Assembly: GCA_964532995.1 (NCBI GenBank)
Contig: CAZHJN010000002.1
Span: 54 to 64,053, forward strand
Source of the DNA: an uncultured bacterium
GTDB taxonomy: Bacteria; Ratteibacteria; UBA8468; B48-G9; DTJG01
Direction: 5' to 3'
DNA length: 64,000 bases
The notes beneath the pieces are model-generated. The model was given only the letters and a program-made list of their open reading frames with translations, had not been told where the DNA came from and ran no database searches. A program made the translations under genes and the position numbers. Below, piece by piece: positions 39,773 through 49,378 of the stretch; the stretch's first letter is position 1; the number at the start of each line of letters is the position of its first letter.

Positions 39773-41446
39773 CTATGCAAGACCTCCTATCATTTCTTTT
39801 AGACTTGCACCGGCAGGAACCATTGGAAAAACATTTTCCTCCGGCTCGACAACACACTCAACAAACACAGGACCTGTTTTATGATTAAGAGCCCTTGTGA
39901 GTATTTTCTTTAATTCTTCACGTTTTGTAGCTCTGTATCCGGTTGCACCATAAGCTTCTGCAATCTTAACAAAATCGGGTTGTTTTCCTTTCAAACAGGT
40001 AAAAGCGTATCTTTTCTGATAAAAAAGTTCCTGCCACTGTCTCACCATTCCGAGATGACAATTATTAAGAATAATCACCTTAACAGGTATTTTCTCTGCC
40101 ACAGCGGTACTCAGTTCCTGAATATTCATCTGGATACTTCCATCTCCCGCAATATCAATTACTGTTTTATCGGGATAGGCAACCTGTGCGCCTATCGCGG
40201 CTGGAAATCCAAAACCCATGGTTCCGAGCCCACCCGAAGAGATGAAAGTTCTTGGATGTTTGAATTTGTAATACTGTGCAGCCCACATCTGATTCTGTCC
40301 TACCTCAGTTGTTATAATTGCTTCACCTTTTGTCAACTCCGAAATTGTTTCGATGACAAACTGTGGTTTAAGCCCATCTGTATTCTTATAATTCAACGGA
40401 TATTTTTTCTTCCATTCGGAAATCCTTTCAATCCATTCTGCTGTACTTGTTTTTGGTATATTTTTTACAAACTGTGCCAGAATATTTTTAACATCGCCCA
40501 CAATTGGAATCTCAACAGCCACATTCTTTCCTATAGAGGCAGGATTTATATCAATATGTATGATTTTTGCATGAGGAGCAAACTCACTTATCTTACCGGT
40601 GACCCTGTCATCAAACCGGCACCCTGCTGCTATCAGGACATCGGCTTCCATTATAGCGTTATTACCATATCTTGTTCCATGCATTCCAATCATACCCAGA
40701 TGCAGATCGTGTTCTGTTGGAAAACTGCCGAGACCCATCATTGTGAGGGCAACAGGTATTTTAGCTTTTTCTGCAAGACTCCTGAGTTCATCGGATGCAT
40801 TGGCGCTTATAACTCCGCCGCCCGCAAGAATGATCGGCTTTTTTGAGCAAGCAATCAATGAAAGGGCTCTTTCAATCTGAAGCGGATGACCGTTATAAAC
40901 AGGTTTATAGCTTCTTATTTCTATTTTTTCAGGATAATTAAAATCCGTTTCAGCTCGCTGTACATCCACGGGAATGTCAATAAGCACAGGTCCTGGTTTT
41001 CCTGTTTTTGCAATGTAAAAAGCTTCCTTGAATACAGTTCCAATCTGTTCAACGTTTTTCAGAAGATAATTATGCTTGGTTATGGGTCTTGTGATACCGG
41101 TGGTATCAACCTCCTGGAATGCATCGTTACCTATCAGATGCGTTGCCACCTGTCCTGTGATTGCGACCATTGGAATCGAATCCATATATGCTGTTGCAAT
41201 TCCTGTTACCAGGTTTGTTGATCCGGGTCCTGAGGTAGCAAGGCATACACCAACTTTTCCGGATGCTCTTGCATAACCATCTGCAGCATGAGCGGCGCCC
41301 TGTTCGTGTCTGGTTAATATAAACTTTATTCCGCTGTCGTATAGCGCATCGCAAAGGGGCAGTACCACTCCTCCAGGGTACCCGAAGATCACTTCCACTT
41401 TTTCTTTTTTAAGGCATTCAACAATTATTTTTGAACCGGTCATCAA
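39773..41446 (-). CDS. ilvB: Acetolactate synthase large subunit (ThDP-dependent)
   Basis: GYPGG, ThDP-binding GDG-N27-NN motif (IAGDGSIQMNIQELS...NN); 557 aa. Confidence 0.9.
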   Translation of the reverse strand: MMTGSKIIVECLKKEKVEVIFGYPGGVVLPLCDALYDSGIKFILTRHEQGAAHAADGYARASGKVGVCLATSGPGSTNLVTGIATAYMDSIPMVAITGQVATHLIGNDAFQEVDTTGITRPITKHNYLLKNVEQIGTVFKEAFYIAKTGKPGPVLIDIPVDVQRAETDFNYPEKIEIRSYKPVYNGHPLQIERALSLIACSKKPIILAGGGVISANASDELRSLAEKAKIPVALTMMGLGSFPTEHDLHLGMIGMHGTRYGNNAIMEADVLIAAGCRFDDRVTGKISEFAPHAKIIHIDINPASIGKNVAVEIPIVGDVKNILAQFVKNIPKTSTAEWIERISEWKKKYPLNYKNTDGLKPQFVIETISELTKGEAIITTEVGQNQMWAAQYYKFKHPRTFISSGGLGTMGFGFPAAIGAQVAYPDKTVIDIAGDGSIQMNIQELSTAVAEKIPVKVIILNNCHLGMVRQWQELFYQKRYAFTCLKGKQPDFVKIAEAYGATGYRATKREELKKILTRALNHKTGPVFVECVVEPEENVFPMVPAGASLKEMIGGLA

Positions 41447-41527
41447 TTCTCCTTGCTTTACTTAAATTGCAGGCAAAGCAATTTCTTGTGAAAAATACGG
41501 ATTTTCTGATTGTTTCTTATTCAGTTC

Positions 41528-41556
41528 ATTATAAGACCGGATGTGTTTGGTGTCAA
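41528..41556 (-). promoter_or_regulatory. Sigma-70 promoter for ilvBNC: perfect TTGACA-17-TATAAT on the minus strand
   Basis: Minus-strand reading ...cgcTTGACAccaaacacatccggtctTATAATgaact.... About 75 nt upstream of the ilvB ATG, which has an AAGGAGA RBS. It lies immediately 3' of the purA stop. Confidence 0.55.
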
Positions 41557-41564
41557 GCGATTTT

Positions 41565-42836
41565 TTAACGTCTTATAATCTGTTCCCTGGATGAACCCAC
41601 TGATACAGCGGAAATTTTTATTCCAACCAGTTCCTCTATCTTCTCAATGTATTTTTTTGCCCTTGCAGGTAAATGGCTAAATTCAGAGATGTTGTTTATG
41701 TTTTCGTTCCAGCCAGGTATTTCCTCATATTGAACTTCAACATTTTCGAAAATTGTGGTATCAAGTGGATACTTATCAAGCGGTTTACCTTCATGAAAAT
41801 ATTTAACACCAACTTTTATTGTATTAATACCTGACAATACGTCCAGTTTTGTAATGATTAATTCATCTATTCCGTTTAATGCAACAGCATATTTTACGAT
41901 AACCGCATCAAACCAGCCACATCTCCTTGGTCTTCCTGTTGTTGCACCGAATTCGTTTCCTACTGTTCTCAGTTTTTCATTCAATTCGCCTTCCATTTCT
42001 GTGGGAAAAGGTCCCATACCCACTCTTGTTGTATATGCTTTTGCAACGCCTATTATTTTTTTAATTCTCTTTGGTCCGATGCCAAGACCGGTACATACAC
42101 CACCTGAGATAGGATTTGATGCGGTCACATATGGATAGGTACCGAAATCAATATCAAGAAAAGTTCCTTGAGCTCCCTCTGCAAGAACCTCTTTTCCTCT
42201 GTCAAGCGCATTGTTGAGATATGATGAAACATCCACTGCAAACTCTTTGAATCTTTTTCTGTACCTGCCATATTCTTCAGCAAGTTTATCCACATTAATA
42301 ACAGACTCCTTATAGTATTGCTGTAAAAGATAATTTTTCAGTTCAAGTGCTGTATGCAACTTTCTTATAAAAAGTTCTTCATTAATGAAATCGACAACTC
42401 TTATGCCAATTCTTCCATACTTATCCGTGTAGGTTGTACCAATGCCTCTTCCTGTTGTGCCAAGTTTTTCGGCTCCTCTTTTTCTGTCTTCAATCTGGTC
42501 AAGTAATTTATGATAAGGCAGGGTTAAATGAGCATTTTCTGCTATCATAAGACGTCCGGTAAAATCCACACCCTGATTTTCTATCTCTGTCAATTCCTGA
42601 AAAAATGAAGCAGGATCAATAACAACGCCGTTGCCTATAACTCCAATGATATTATTGTGAAGTATTCCTGAGGGTACAAGATGAAAGACAAATTTTTGAT
42701 TATTATGAATAACAGTGTGTCCCGCGTTTGCTCCACCCTGATATCTCGCAACTATGTCATGTTTTGCAGCAAGAGTGTCTATGATTTTACCTTTACCTTC
42801 ATCACCCCACTGCATACCAATCACAACAGTAACCAT
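41565..42836 (-). CDS. purA: Adenylosuccinate synthetase
   Basis: QWGDEGKGK P-loop, GNGVV, TTGRGIG; 423 aa. Confidence 0.9.
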   Translation of the reverse strand: MVTVVIGMQWGDEGKGKIIDTLAAKHDIVARYQGGANAGHTVIHNNQKFVFHLVPSGILHNNIIGVIGNGVVIDPASFFQELTEIENQGVDFTGRLMIAENAHLTLPYHKLLDQIEDRKRGAEKLGTTGRGIGTTYTDKYGRIGIRVVDFINEELFIRKLHTALELKNYLLQQYYKESVINVDKLAEEYGRYRKRFKEFAVDVSSYLNNALDRGKEVLAEGAQGTFLDIDFGTYPYVTASNPISGGVCTGLGIGPKRIKKIIGVAKAYTTRVGMGPFPTEMEGELNEKLRTVGNEFGATTGRPRRCGWFDAVIVKYAVALNGIDELIITKLDVLSGINTIKVGVKYFHEGKPLDKYPLDTTIFENVEVQYEEIPGWNENINNISEFSHLPARAKKYIEKIEELVGIKISAVSVGSSREQIIRR

Positions 42837-43916
42837 TTATGTTCCCAGTTTCTCTATTATTGCATTGCCCATTTCTTCTGTACTTGCACCTGGTAATCCT
42901 TCAGGTTTGAAATCATATGTTGTATATTTCCCTTCTTCTATAACATGAGCGATAGCATTTTCAAGTTTATTTGCTGCTTCTGATTCATTTATATAACGGA
43001 GCATCAAAACCGCTGCCAGTAGTTGAGCTGTCGGATTTACAACATTTTTGCCTGCATATTTTGGAGCACTTCCATGAGTTGGTTCAAAGATTGCCACATT
43101 GTCTCCATAATTGGCGCCCGGAGAAAGTCCCAGTCCACCAACAAGTCCAGCGCACAGGTCAGAAAGAATATCACCATAGAGATTAGGACAGGCTAAAACG
43201 TCATATTTTTGAGGTTTTTGAACAAGTTGCATTGCCATGTTATCAACAATTCTGTCTTCAAATTCTATATCAGGATACTCTACAGCAACCTTTTTTGCAG
43301 TTTCCAGGAAGAGTCCATCAGTAAATTTCATAATGTTTGCCTTATGGACAGCAGTAACCTTTTTTCTTCCATTTTTTCTTGCAAGTTCAAAAGCAAATCT
43401 AACAATTTTTTCTGTAGCTGAAATTGATATGGGTTTTATACTTATACCAGAATCCTTTCCAATCTTTTTTCCAAGCAACCTGTTTATCTCGTCAATAATC
43501 TGGATTGTTTCAGGTTTTTCTATTTCAAATTCTATACCCGCATAAAGATCTTCCATATTTTCTCTCACAATAATCAGATCTATCTGATCATAAAGAGTTC
43601 TTGCTCCTTTATAGACCTTGAATGGTCTTACGCAGGCATAAAGGTTAAAGATCTGTCTCAATGCAACATTTATGCTTCTATAACCGCTTCCGACCGGTGT
43701 TGTTATTGGTCCTTTCAAGCATATTTTGTTCTTTTTGATCGATTCTATGGTTTTTTCCGGAAGTGGATCGCCATATTTTTCTATCGCAGGTATGCCTGCT
43801 TCACATTCTTCCCATTCAATATTAACTCCGCTTGCTTCTATACATTTTTTAGTTATTTCTGTTATTTCAGGTCCAATACCATCACCTGGAATCAATGTTA
43901 TTTTATGCTTTTTCAT
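42837..43916 (-). CDS. Isocitrate/homoisocitrate/isopropylmalate dehydrogenase-family enzyme (NAD-IDH-like), distinct from leuB
   Basis: ITLIPGDGIGPEI, LKGPITTP, RSINVALRQ-LYACVRP, NLYGDILSD, GSAPKYAG; 359 aa. Confidence 0.7.
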   Translation of the reverse strand: MKKHKITLIPGDGIGPEITEITKKCIEASGVNIEWEECEAGIPAIEKYGDPLPEKTIESIKKNKICLKGPITTPVGSGYRSINVALRQIFNLYACVRPFKVYKGARTLYDQIDLIIVRENMEDLYAGIEFEIEKPETIQIIDEINRLLGKKIGKDSGISIKPISISATEKIVRFAFELARKNGRKKVTAVHKANIMKFTDGLFLETAKKVAVEYPDIEFEDRIVDNMAMQLVQKPQKYDVLACPNLYGDILSDLCAGLVGGLGLSPGANYGDNVAIFEPTHGSAPKYAGKNVVNPTAQLLAAVLMLRYINESEAANKLENAIAHVIEEGKYTTYDFKPEGLPGASTEEMGNAIIEKLGT

Positions 43917-44410
43917 ATCCGGAAGTCCCTGTATTTTTTTAAATAGTTGATTACGCCGCCTTCGTTGATAATCCTGATTAAAAAATCAGGAAGAGGCCTT
44001 ATTTGAATGGTTTCATTCGTTGTTTGATTATGAATTTTCCCATTGACAAGGTCCACCTTCAAAATGTCGTTTTGAGTGATTAAATCTGTATTTGCCTCAA
44101 TAAGTATCAGACCAACATTTATTCCATTTCTGAAAAATATCCTTGCAAAGCTTTTCGCAATAATTGCTCCTACCTTTGCATATTTCAGTGCAAGCACGGC
44201 CTGTTCCCGTGACGATCCGCAGCCAAAATTATTGCCCGCTACAATAAAATCTCCTGGGGTCAATTTTTTTGAAAAATCAGGGTCAATGTCTTCAAAAACA
44301 TGCGATGCCAGTTCTGACATATCGAGTGTTTTGAATTTATATCTACCCGAAATTATATAGTCAGTGTTAATATCGTCTCCAAATTTGTGGACTCTTCCGA
44401 TTAATTCCAT
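43913..44410 (-). CDS. LeuD-like small subunit paralog (3-isopropylmalate/homoaconitate dehydratase small-subunit family) with no adjacent large subunit
   Basis: [23 protein letters not shown]. Close paralog of leuD at 24732..25223. Confidence 0.7.
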   Translation of the reverse strand: MELIGRVHKFGDDINTDYIISGRYKFKTLDMSELASHVFEDIDPDFSKKLTPGDFIVAGNNFGCGSSREQAVLALKYAKVGAIIAKSFARIFFRNGINVGLILIEANTDLITQNDILKVDLVNGKIHNQTTNETIQIRPLPDFLIRIINEGGVINYLKKYRDFRI

Positions 44411-44508
44411 TTTGTTTCCTCCCGGGGGATAATTTTAACCTAACATTATGTAAAAATCAAAAAATGACATATTCAGTAACTGTTTGCTTAATTGTTTTTT
44501 GATGCGCT

Positions 44509-45156
44509 TCAGGTTCTGGCAACGGTTAAAACAGTCGTTTTTGCTGCTCCTGCTTTGATCAGCGTTTTTGATATTTCTTCCACAGTAGCGCCTGTTGTAT
44601 AAACGTCATCTATAATAAGAATGTTTTTGTTTTCTATAAGGGATGCTCTTTTTACTTTATAGACCCCTTTCACATTTTCCTTCCTTTTTGTATTATCAAG
44701 CTCTGTCTGCGACCTGTTATTTTTTATCTTGACAATCGCAGCATACTCTGTTTGTTTCCTTTGCATTTTACCGAGATGATATGCCATCAACCAGCTCTGG
44801 TTGAAGGATCTCTGGAATTCTTTAATAGGGTGTAAAGGAACCGGGATTATTAAATCAAATTCAATACCATTATGTTTTTGCAAAAAGTCGTTCATCCATA
44901 CGGCAAATGCAAAAGCAATCCATTTTATTTTCCTGTATTTCAGGTTATGTATTGCCTGCTTCACCGGCCCTTCATAAATGGCAAGTGATAATATTTTTTC
45001 GTTTGACAGCGGCGCGGGTATTATTTGCGTTAAACAATCACTGCAAAAACAATATTTTTCAGGTTTTGTATATCTCTCGCAGCCCGGACATCTTTCAGGA
45101 AAAAATAAGTCTATGATATTATGAAATAGAAAAAAATTTAACCTTTTTAATACCAT
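44509..45156 (-). CDS. comF: ComF-family phosphoribosyltransferase (competence protein ComFC-like)
   Basis: N-terminal Zn-finger (CPGCERY...CFCSDC) and C-terminal PRT motif (ILIIDDVYTTGAT); 215 aa. Confidence 0.75.
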   Translation of the reverse strand: MVLKRLNFFLFHNIIDLFFPERCPGCERYTKPEKYCFCSDCLTQIIPAPLSNEKILSLAIYEGPVKQAIHNLKYRKIKWIAFAFAVWMNDFLQKHNGIEFDLIIPVPLHPIKEFQRSFNQSWLMAYHLGKMQRKQTEYAAIVKIKNNRSQTELDNTKRKENVKGVYKVKRASLIENKNILIIDDVYTTGATVEEISKTLIKAGAAKTTVLTVART

Positions 45157-46228
45157 GAAATTAGGAAAATTATACCTTTATAAAGAATTTTCAAATTTTT
45201 TTGTTCTTGCCTTTTGTATATTTTCTTTTCTTTTTATGATAAGGCCTTTTCTATGGCTTATGGATTTAATTATAAATCATTTTTTTACATTTGTAACGGT
45301 TGTTAAATTTTTTCTTTTTTCTTTTCTTGAAGTGAGCCCTGATATCTTTTCATTGTCTTTTCTTGCTGCAATATCCGGAACAATTGCGAGAATGAATCTT
45401 GAAAGAGAATACTGGATATTTCTGATTTCAGGACTTTCATCGAGGCAGATATTCAATTGTTTTTCTATTTTTGCTCTACTTTTTATGGCGCTTGAGTTCT
45501 TGTTGTGTTTCTTCGTATCTCCTGTGGCGATGTATGAGAGAAAAATGTTACTTAATCAAGCACGAATGGACGCGCCAATAAAGTTTTTCAGGAGCAATTC
45601 ATTGATCAGGGACTTTCCCGGTTTAACCATTTATGTCGAAAAAGTTAAAAACGCGGAACTATTTGATATTACAATTTCTTACAGAGAGGGTTCGGATCTG
45701 GTCTGTAAAATCTTTGCTCAAAAAGCGAAGGTTTTTACAGATAAACAGGGATATTTGTTTCTTTCTCTTGAAAAAGGTTTCATTGAGACATATTCAATAA
45801 AGAAAACCGATATCATGTTAAAGGTTAAGTTTGATTTCTATGTGTTTTCACTGCATTACAGAACCATGGTTAATTTTCCACCTATTAGAAAAATCAAGGA
45901 AATGACTCTTCCTTTGCTGGTTGATTCAATGTTTTCTTCATTTGAAAAGAAGGAAGTTCTTTTGATAACCATAAAGAGGCTGATCTTTACCATTTTGCCT
46001 TTGTTTTATCTGTTTTTAGGTTTCTATGCCGGCATTGGAATAAAGGCTTCTGGATATTTTCAGATTCTTGGCACAGGTCTTTTAATAGGGCTTGCTTCAT
46101 ATTTTGTCATTCTTTTTGGCGAGGCTCTTGTTTATAAAACAGGTAATGTTTTTATCTTTTTGGTTTCGCCCTTAATTTTCATCCTGGCAACGGTCTTTAT
46201 AAGGAGAAAATACTTGCATGTTACTTAG
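45155..46228 (+). CDS. lptF: LPS export ABC permease LptF/LptG family (YjgP/YjgQ)
   Basis: 6-TM permease with a periplasmic beta-jellyroll insert; 357 aa. Paired with the next gene. Confidence 0.7.
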   Translation: MKLGKLYLYKEFSNFFVLAFCIFSFLFMIRPFLWLMDLIINHFFTFVTVVKFFLFSFLEVSPDIFSLSFLAAISGTIARMNLEREYWIFLISGLSSRQIFNCFSIFALLFMALEFLLCFFVSPVAMYERKMLLNQARMDAPIKFFRSNSLIRDFPGLTIYVEKVKNAELFDITISYREGSDLVCKIFAQKAKVFTDKQGYLFLSLEKGFIETYSIKKTDIMLKVKFDFYVFSLHYRTMVNFPPIRKIKEMTLPLLVDSMFSSFEKKEVLLITIKRLIFTILPLFYLFLGFYAGIGIKASGYFQILGTGLLIGLASYFVILFGEALVYKTGNVFIFLVSPLIFILATVFIRRKYLHVT

Positions 46229-47231
46229 GGATAAATATCTGCTGAAGAATATGTTCGGGTTTTTCGCTTCACTGCTTCTATCAATGTCTATTCTACTGCT
46301 GGTAACACAGGCTTTCTGGAGTCTTGCGGATGCAAAACACACAGGTGTTTTTCCATGGAAAGACTGGCTTATAAATTTTTATGATAGCTTCCAGCTGGTG
46401 TTGCCCTTTGTTACGATCCTCAGCGCCCTTTTTGTCTTTTCTGAGATGGGAAGATTCAGGCAGATTCTTGTTCTTGAAGCAACAGGTATTTCAGAACTTC
46501 ATATATTCAGAACTTTTATTTTTTTTGGATTCTGCTGTTCAATTATTGCATTTATCGCAGGATGTTTCCCTCCTTATCCGGGCGTTCATAGAGGCGGTGG
46601 AAAAAACATATACCCATTAATTTTTGTTACAAATCAGACATTTTTCTGGGCGGAGAAATTTAATGATGTTGATTCAATAGAAAATGTTATTTTCAAAATA
46701 AAACAATATGATCATTTTTTGACAATTCACTCAAAGAGGGCTCAATTATTTGAAGAAGGGATTATTTTTTACAATGCTTCTGTATTTAAGGACAACACGC
46801 CACGTAAAAATTTCAATCACTTTATCTTAAATACCGAATTTAATCCTGAAATTATAGTTAAATACGTGCATTCTGCCCTTGAGCGAGAATCCTTTTTCCG
46901 ACTGAGGTCTATTTTGAAGGAAACATCACTGCTCGGTGTAAAATCAGGTTTTGACTGGATTGTGCTTTATTCAAAACTTTCTTATTCTCTTTTGAATCTC
47001 TTCATAGTGATGCTTTTAATTCCATTTTTCTTTGAAGGCCGCAATTTCTCAAAGGTTAAAATTTTTATTATCGCTTTTATATTAACCCTGGGAAGCTATT
47101 CATTGTACTCAGCCGGTATTTCTCTGGGTAAGGCGGAAATAATACCGTGGCAGATTTCTCCTTGGCTTTCGCACCTTATTATACTGATTTATTTTCTTGT
47201 TTACTTGTCATCCAGCAAAAAAAATGTATAA
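46218..47231 (+). CDS. lptG: LPS export ABC permease LptG/LptF family
   Basis: Same family as the upstream gene; 337 aa. Start overlaps the upstream gene. Confidence 0.7.
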   Translation: MLLRDKYLLKNMFGFFASLLLSMSILLLVTQAFWSLADAKHTGVFPWKDWLINFYDSFQLVLPFVTILSALFVFSEMGRFRQILVLEATGISELHIFRTFIFFGFCCSIIAFIAGCFPPYPGVHRGGGKNIYPLIFVTNQTFFWAEKFNDVDSIENVIFKIKQYDHFLTIHSKRAQLFEEGIIFYNASVFKDNTPRKNFNHFILNTEFNPEIIVKYVHSALERESFFRLRSILKETSLLGVKSGFDWIVLYSKLSYSLLNLFIVMLLIPFFFEGRNFSKVKIFIIAFILTLGSYSLYSAGISLGKAEIIPWQISPWLSHLIILIYFLVYLSSSKKNV

Positions 47232-47281
47232 TTTATGATAAGTTTTAAAAACCAGAAGGTCGATCATTTCCAGGATATTTA

Positions 47282-49378
47282 ATGAAAACAGGGAATCTTT
47301 TAATTGAGGTTGGGTGTGAAGATCTTCCCTCATGGGCCGGAGAACACTTCGTAAATAGATTCAGGCCGCTTTTTCTAAATGAGCTGAAGGCTAATAAACT
47401 GGAGCCCGGGGATATAATGTTCTTTTTTACACCTCGCAGATTTGTTATTCTTGTTAAAAATTTACCTTCAGAAACCCCTGCCGAACGGAAAATGGTAATG
47501 GGGCCTAAATATGAAAACGCTTTTGATGAAAAGGGGCATCCAACTGCTGCAGCTTTAGGTTTTGCAAGGGCGCACAATGTTCAGGTTTCTTCTTTGAAAA
47601 TAAGGGATTCCAATGGGAAAAAGGTTGTCTGCACAGAAAAAATAATTCCTGGTGTTTCTTCCAATTCTGTTGTTTCAGAGATTTTTCCATCAATTCTCAG
47701 GAAAATTGATATCCCGAGAGGTATGAGATGGAATGAATCTGAAGACATTTTCTACAGGCCGGTCCGCTGGATCCTTGCTTTTTTTGGCAAAGAGATTGTA
47801 AATATTGAGTTTGGCGGTGCAAAAAGTTCCAGATACACTTTCGGTCATAGGACTTTGAACCCAAAAAGAATAAAAGTTTTAGATTGGAAAGACTATTTTG
47901 ATAAGGTTCAAAAAGCATTTGTTGTACTCGGTGAAGACCTGAGGGAGAAATTTATTTTCGGGCTTCTTGAAAAAACCATCAAAAAGGGCGAAGATTTTGA
48001 AAAATCTGCAGCGAAAAACCTTATCAATTTAATTGAATATCCATGTATAATAAGATGCAAATTCCCTGATATTGACTGCAAACTTCCAGAAGATGTTCTG
48101 AGGGTGCTGATAGAAAAAGCAAAGGGAATACCTATTTTTTACGATGGGCACCTGAAAAAAGAATTTTTTGTCGTCAGCGACGGTAATTCTAATACAATTG
48201 TGCAGGAAAACTACGAGAATTTGCTGAAGACAAGAATTCTCGACGCTCAATTTTTCTTTGATTCAGACCTGGCTATTTCGTTTGATGATATGGGGAAAAG
48301 ACTGAGCAGGATAGTTTTTCATCAGAGATGGGGATCACTGGCTCAGAAGGTTGATCGTTTGAAATCAATCTCAAATAAAATTTATGATTTATTAGGACTT
48401 GAACCTTCCAGAAAACACATTCTTGTTGAGGCTGCACACTTTTGCAAGTTTGATCTTGCGTCTGAAATGGTCAGGGAATTTCCTGAACTTCATGGAATAA
48501 TGGGAGCGATTTATGCCGGACATGCGGGTAAAGATGAAAGTATTTGCAGGGTGATTGCGCAGTACAAATATCCTGTTTATCCTGATGATCCTTTGCCTGA
48601 AGACGAATGTGCTATTGTTCTTGGTATAATTGACAGGCTTGATTTTATATGTGGTTTCATCACGGCTGGTGGTGATGTTTCGGGTTCAGAGGATCCGTAT
48701 GGTTTGAGAAGGACAGCCAGCGGCTTTTTTTCACTTGTGCAAAGATTGGGAGTTGAGGCAGACTATTCTGATGTGGTCAGAAAAGTTCTGGAATCTTATG
48801 GTATTATCGGCAGCGAAATGCAATTATCAAAAGTAAGGGTTAATGAATTGCTCATGCAGAGATTTGAAGCATATCTTGAATCCGGGGGATTTCCAAAAGG
48901 GTTGAGAACAAGCGTAATTTCAATAGACGGAATGAATTTTGTAAGGGTATGGAAGAAGCTTAATGCATTGAAAGATTTCATAAAAACCAGAGCAGACGCT
49001 GAAACAATACTTGTTCCTGTGACCCGTATTGCAAATATTCTCAAACAGGCTAAAGAAAGAAATATTGAAATTTCAGAGTTCAACCATGGATTGTTGAAAG
49101 AATCCGGTGAGAGAAATCTTGCAGAATTCTACATGGATTTTTCAGACAGGGCAAAGGATGTTTTTGGGAGAGCGGATTACACTGGATTTTTGAAATTGCT
49201 TATTGAGCTTCGGGATCCGGTGGATGAATTTTTTGATAGCACACTTGTGATGTGCCCGGAGGAAGATTTGAAGAATAATCGTCTTGCTTTGCTTAATAAA
49301 TTTAATAGTATTTTTACAGAATTTGCTGATTTTTCTTATATCAGAGAAGAGGATATTAAAAATGTTAGAAAAGGTTGA
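47282..49378 (+). CDS. glyS: Glycine--tRNA ligase beta subunit
   Basis: LLIEVGCEDLPS N-terminus, HD-like and anticodon-binding regions; 698 aa. Confidence 0.9.
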   Translation: MKTGNLLIEVGCEDLPSWAGEHFVNRFRPLFLNELKANKLEPGDIMFFFTPRRFVILVKNLPSETPAERKMVMGPKYENAFDEKGHPTAAALGFARAHNVQVSSLKIRDSNGKKVVCTEKIIPGVSSNSVVSEIFPSILRKIDIPRGMRWNESEDIFYRPVRWILAFFGKEIVNIEFGGAKSSRYTFGHRTLNPKRIKVLDWKDYFDKVQKAFVVLGEDLREKFIFGLLEKTIKKGEDFEKSAAKNLINLIEYPCIIRCKFPDIDCKLPEDVLRVLIEKAKGIPIFYDGHLKKEFFVVSDGNSNTIVQENYENLLKTRILDAQFFFDSDLAISFDDMGKRLSRIVFHQRWGSLAQKVDRLKSISNKIYDLLGLEPSRKHILVEAAHFCKFDLASEMVREFPELHGIMGAIYAGHAGKDESICRVIAQYKYPVYPDDPLPEDECAIVLGIIDRLDFICGFITAGGDVSGSEDPYGLRRTASGFFSLVQRLGVEADYSDVVRKVLESYGIIGSEMQLSKVRVNELLMQRFEAYLESGGFPKGLRTSVISIDGMNFVRVWKKLNALKDFIKTRADAETILVPVTRIANILKQAKERNIEISEFNHGLLKESGERNLAEFYMDFSDRAKDVFGRADYTGFLKLLIELRDPVDEFFDSTLVMCPEEDLKNNRLALLNKFNSIFTEFADFSYIREEDIKNVRKG

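Noticed and set aside
39980-40846. 288-aa plus-strand ORF antisense to ilvB
   Set aside because: Shadow ORF of the well-conserved ilvB gene. Cys/Phe-rich junk translation.
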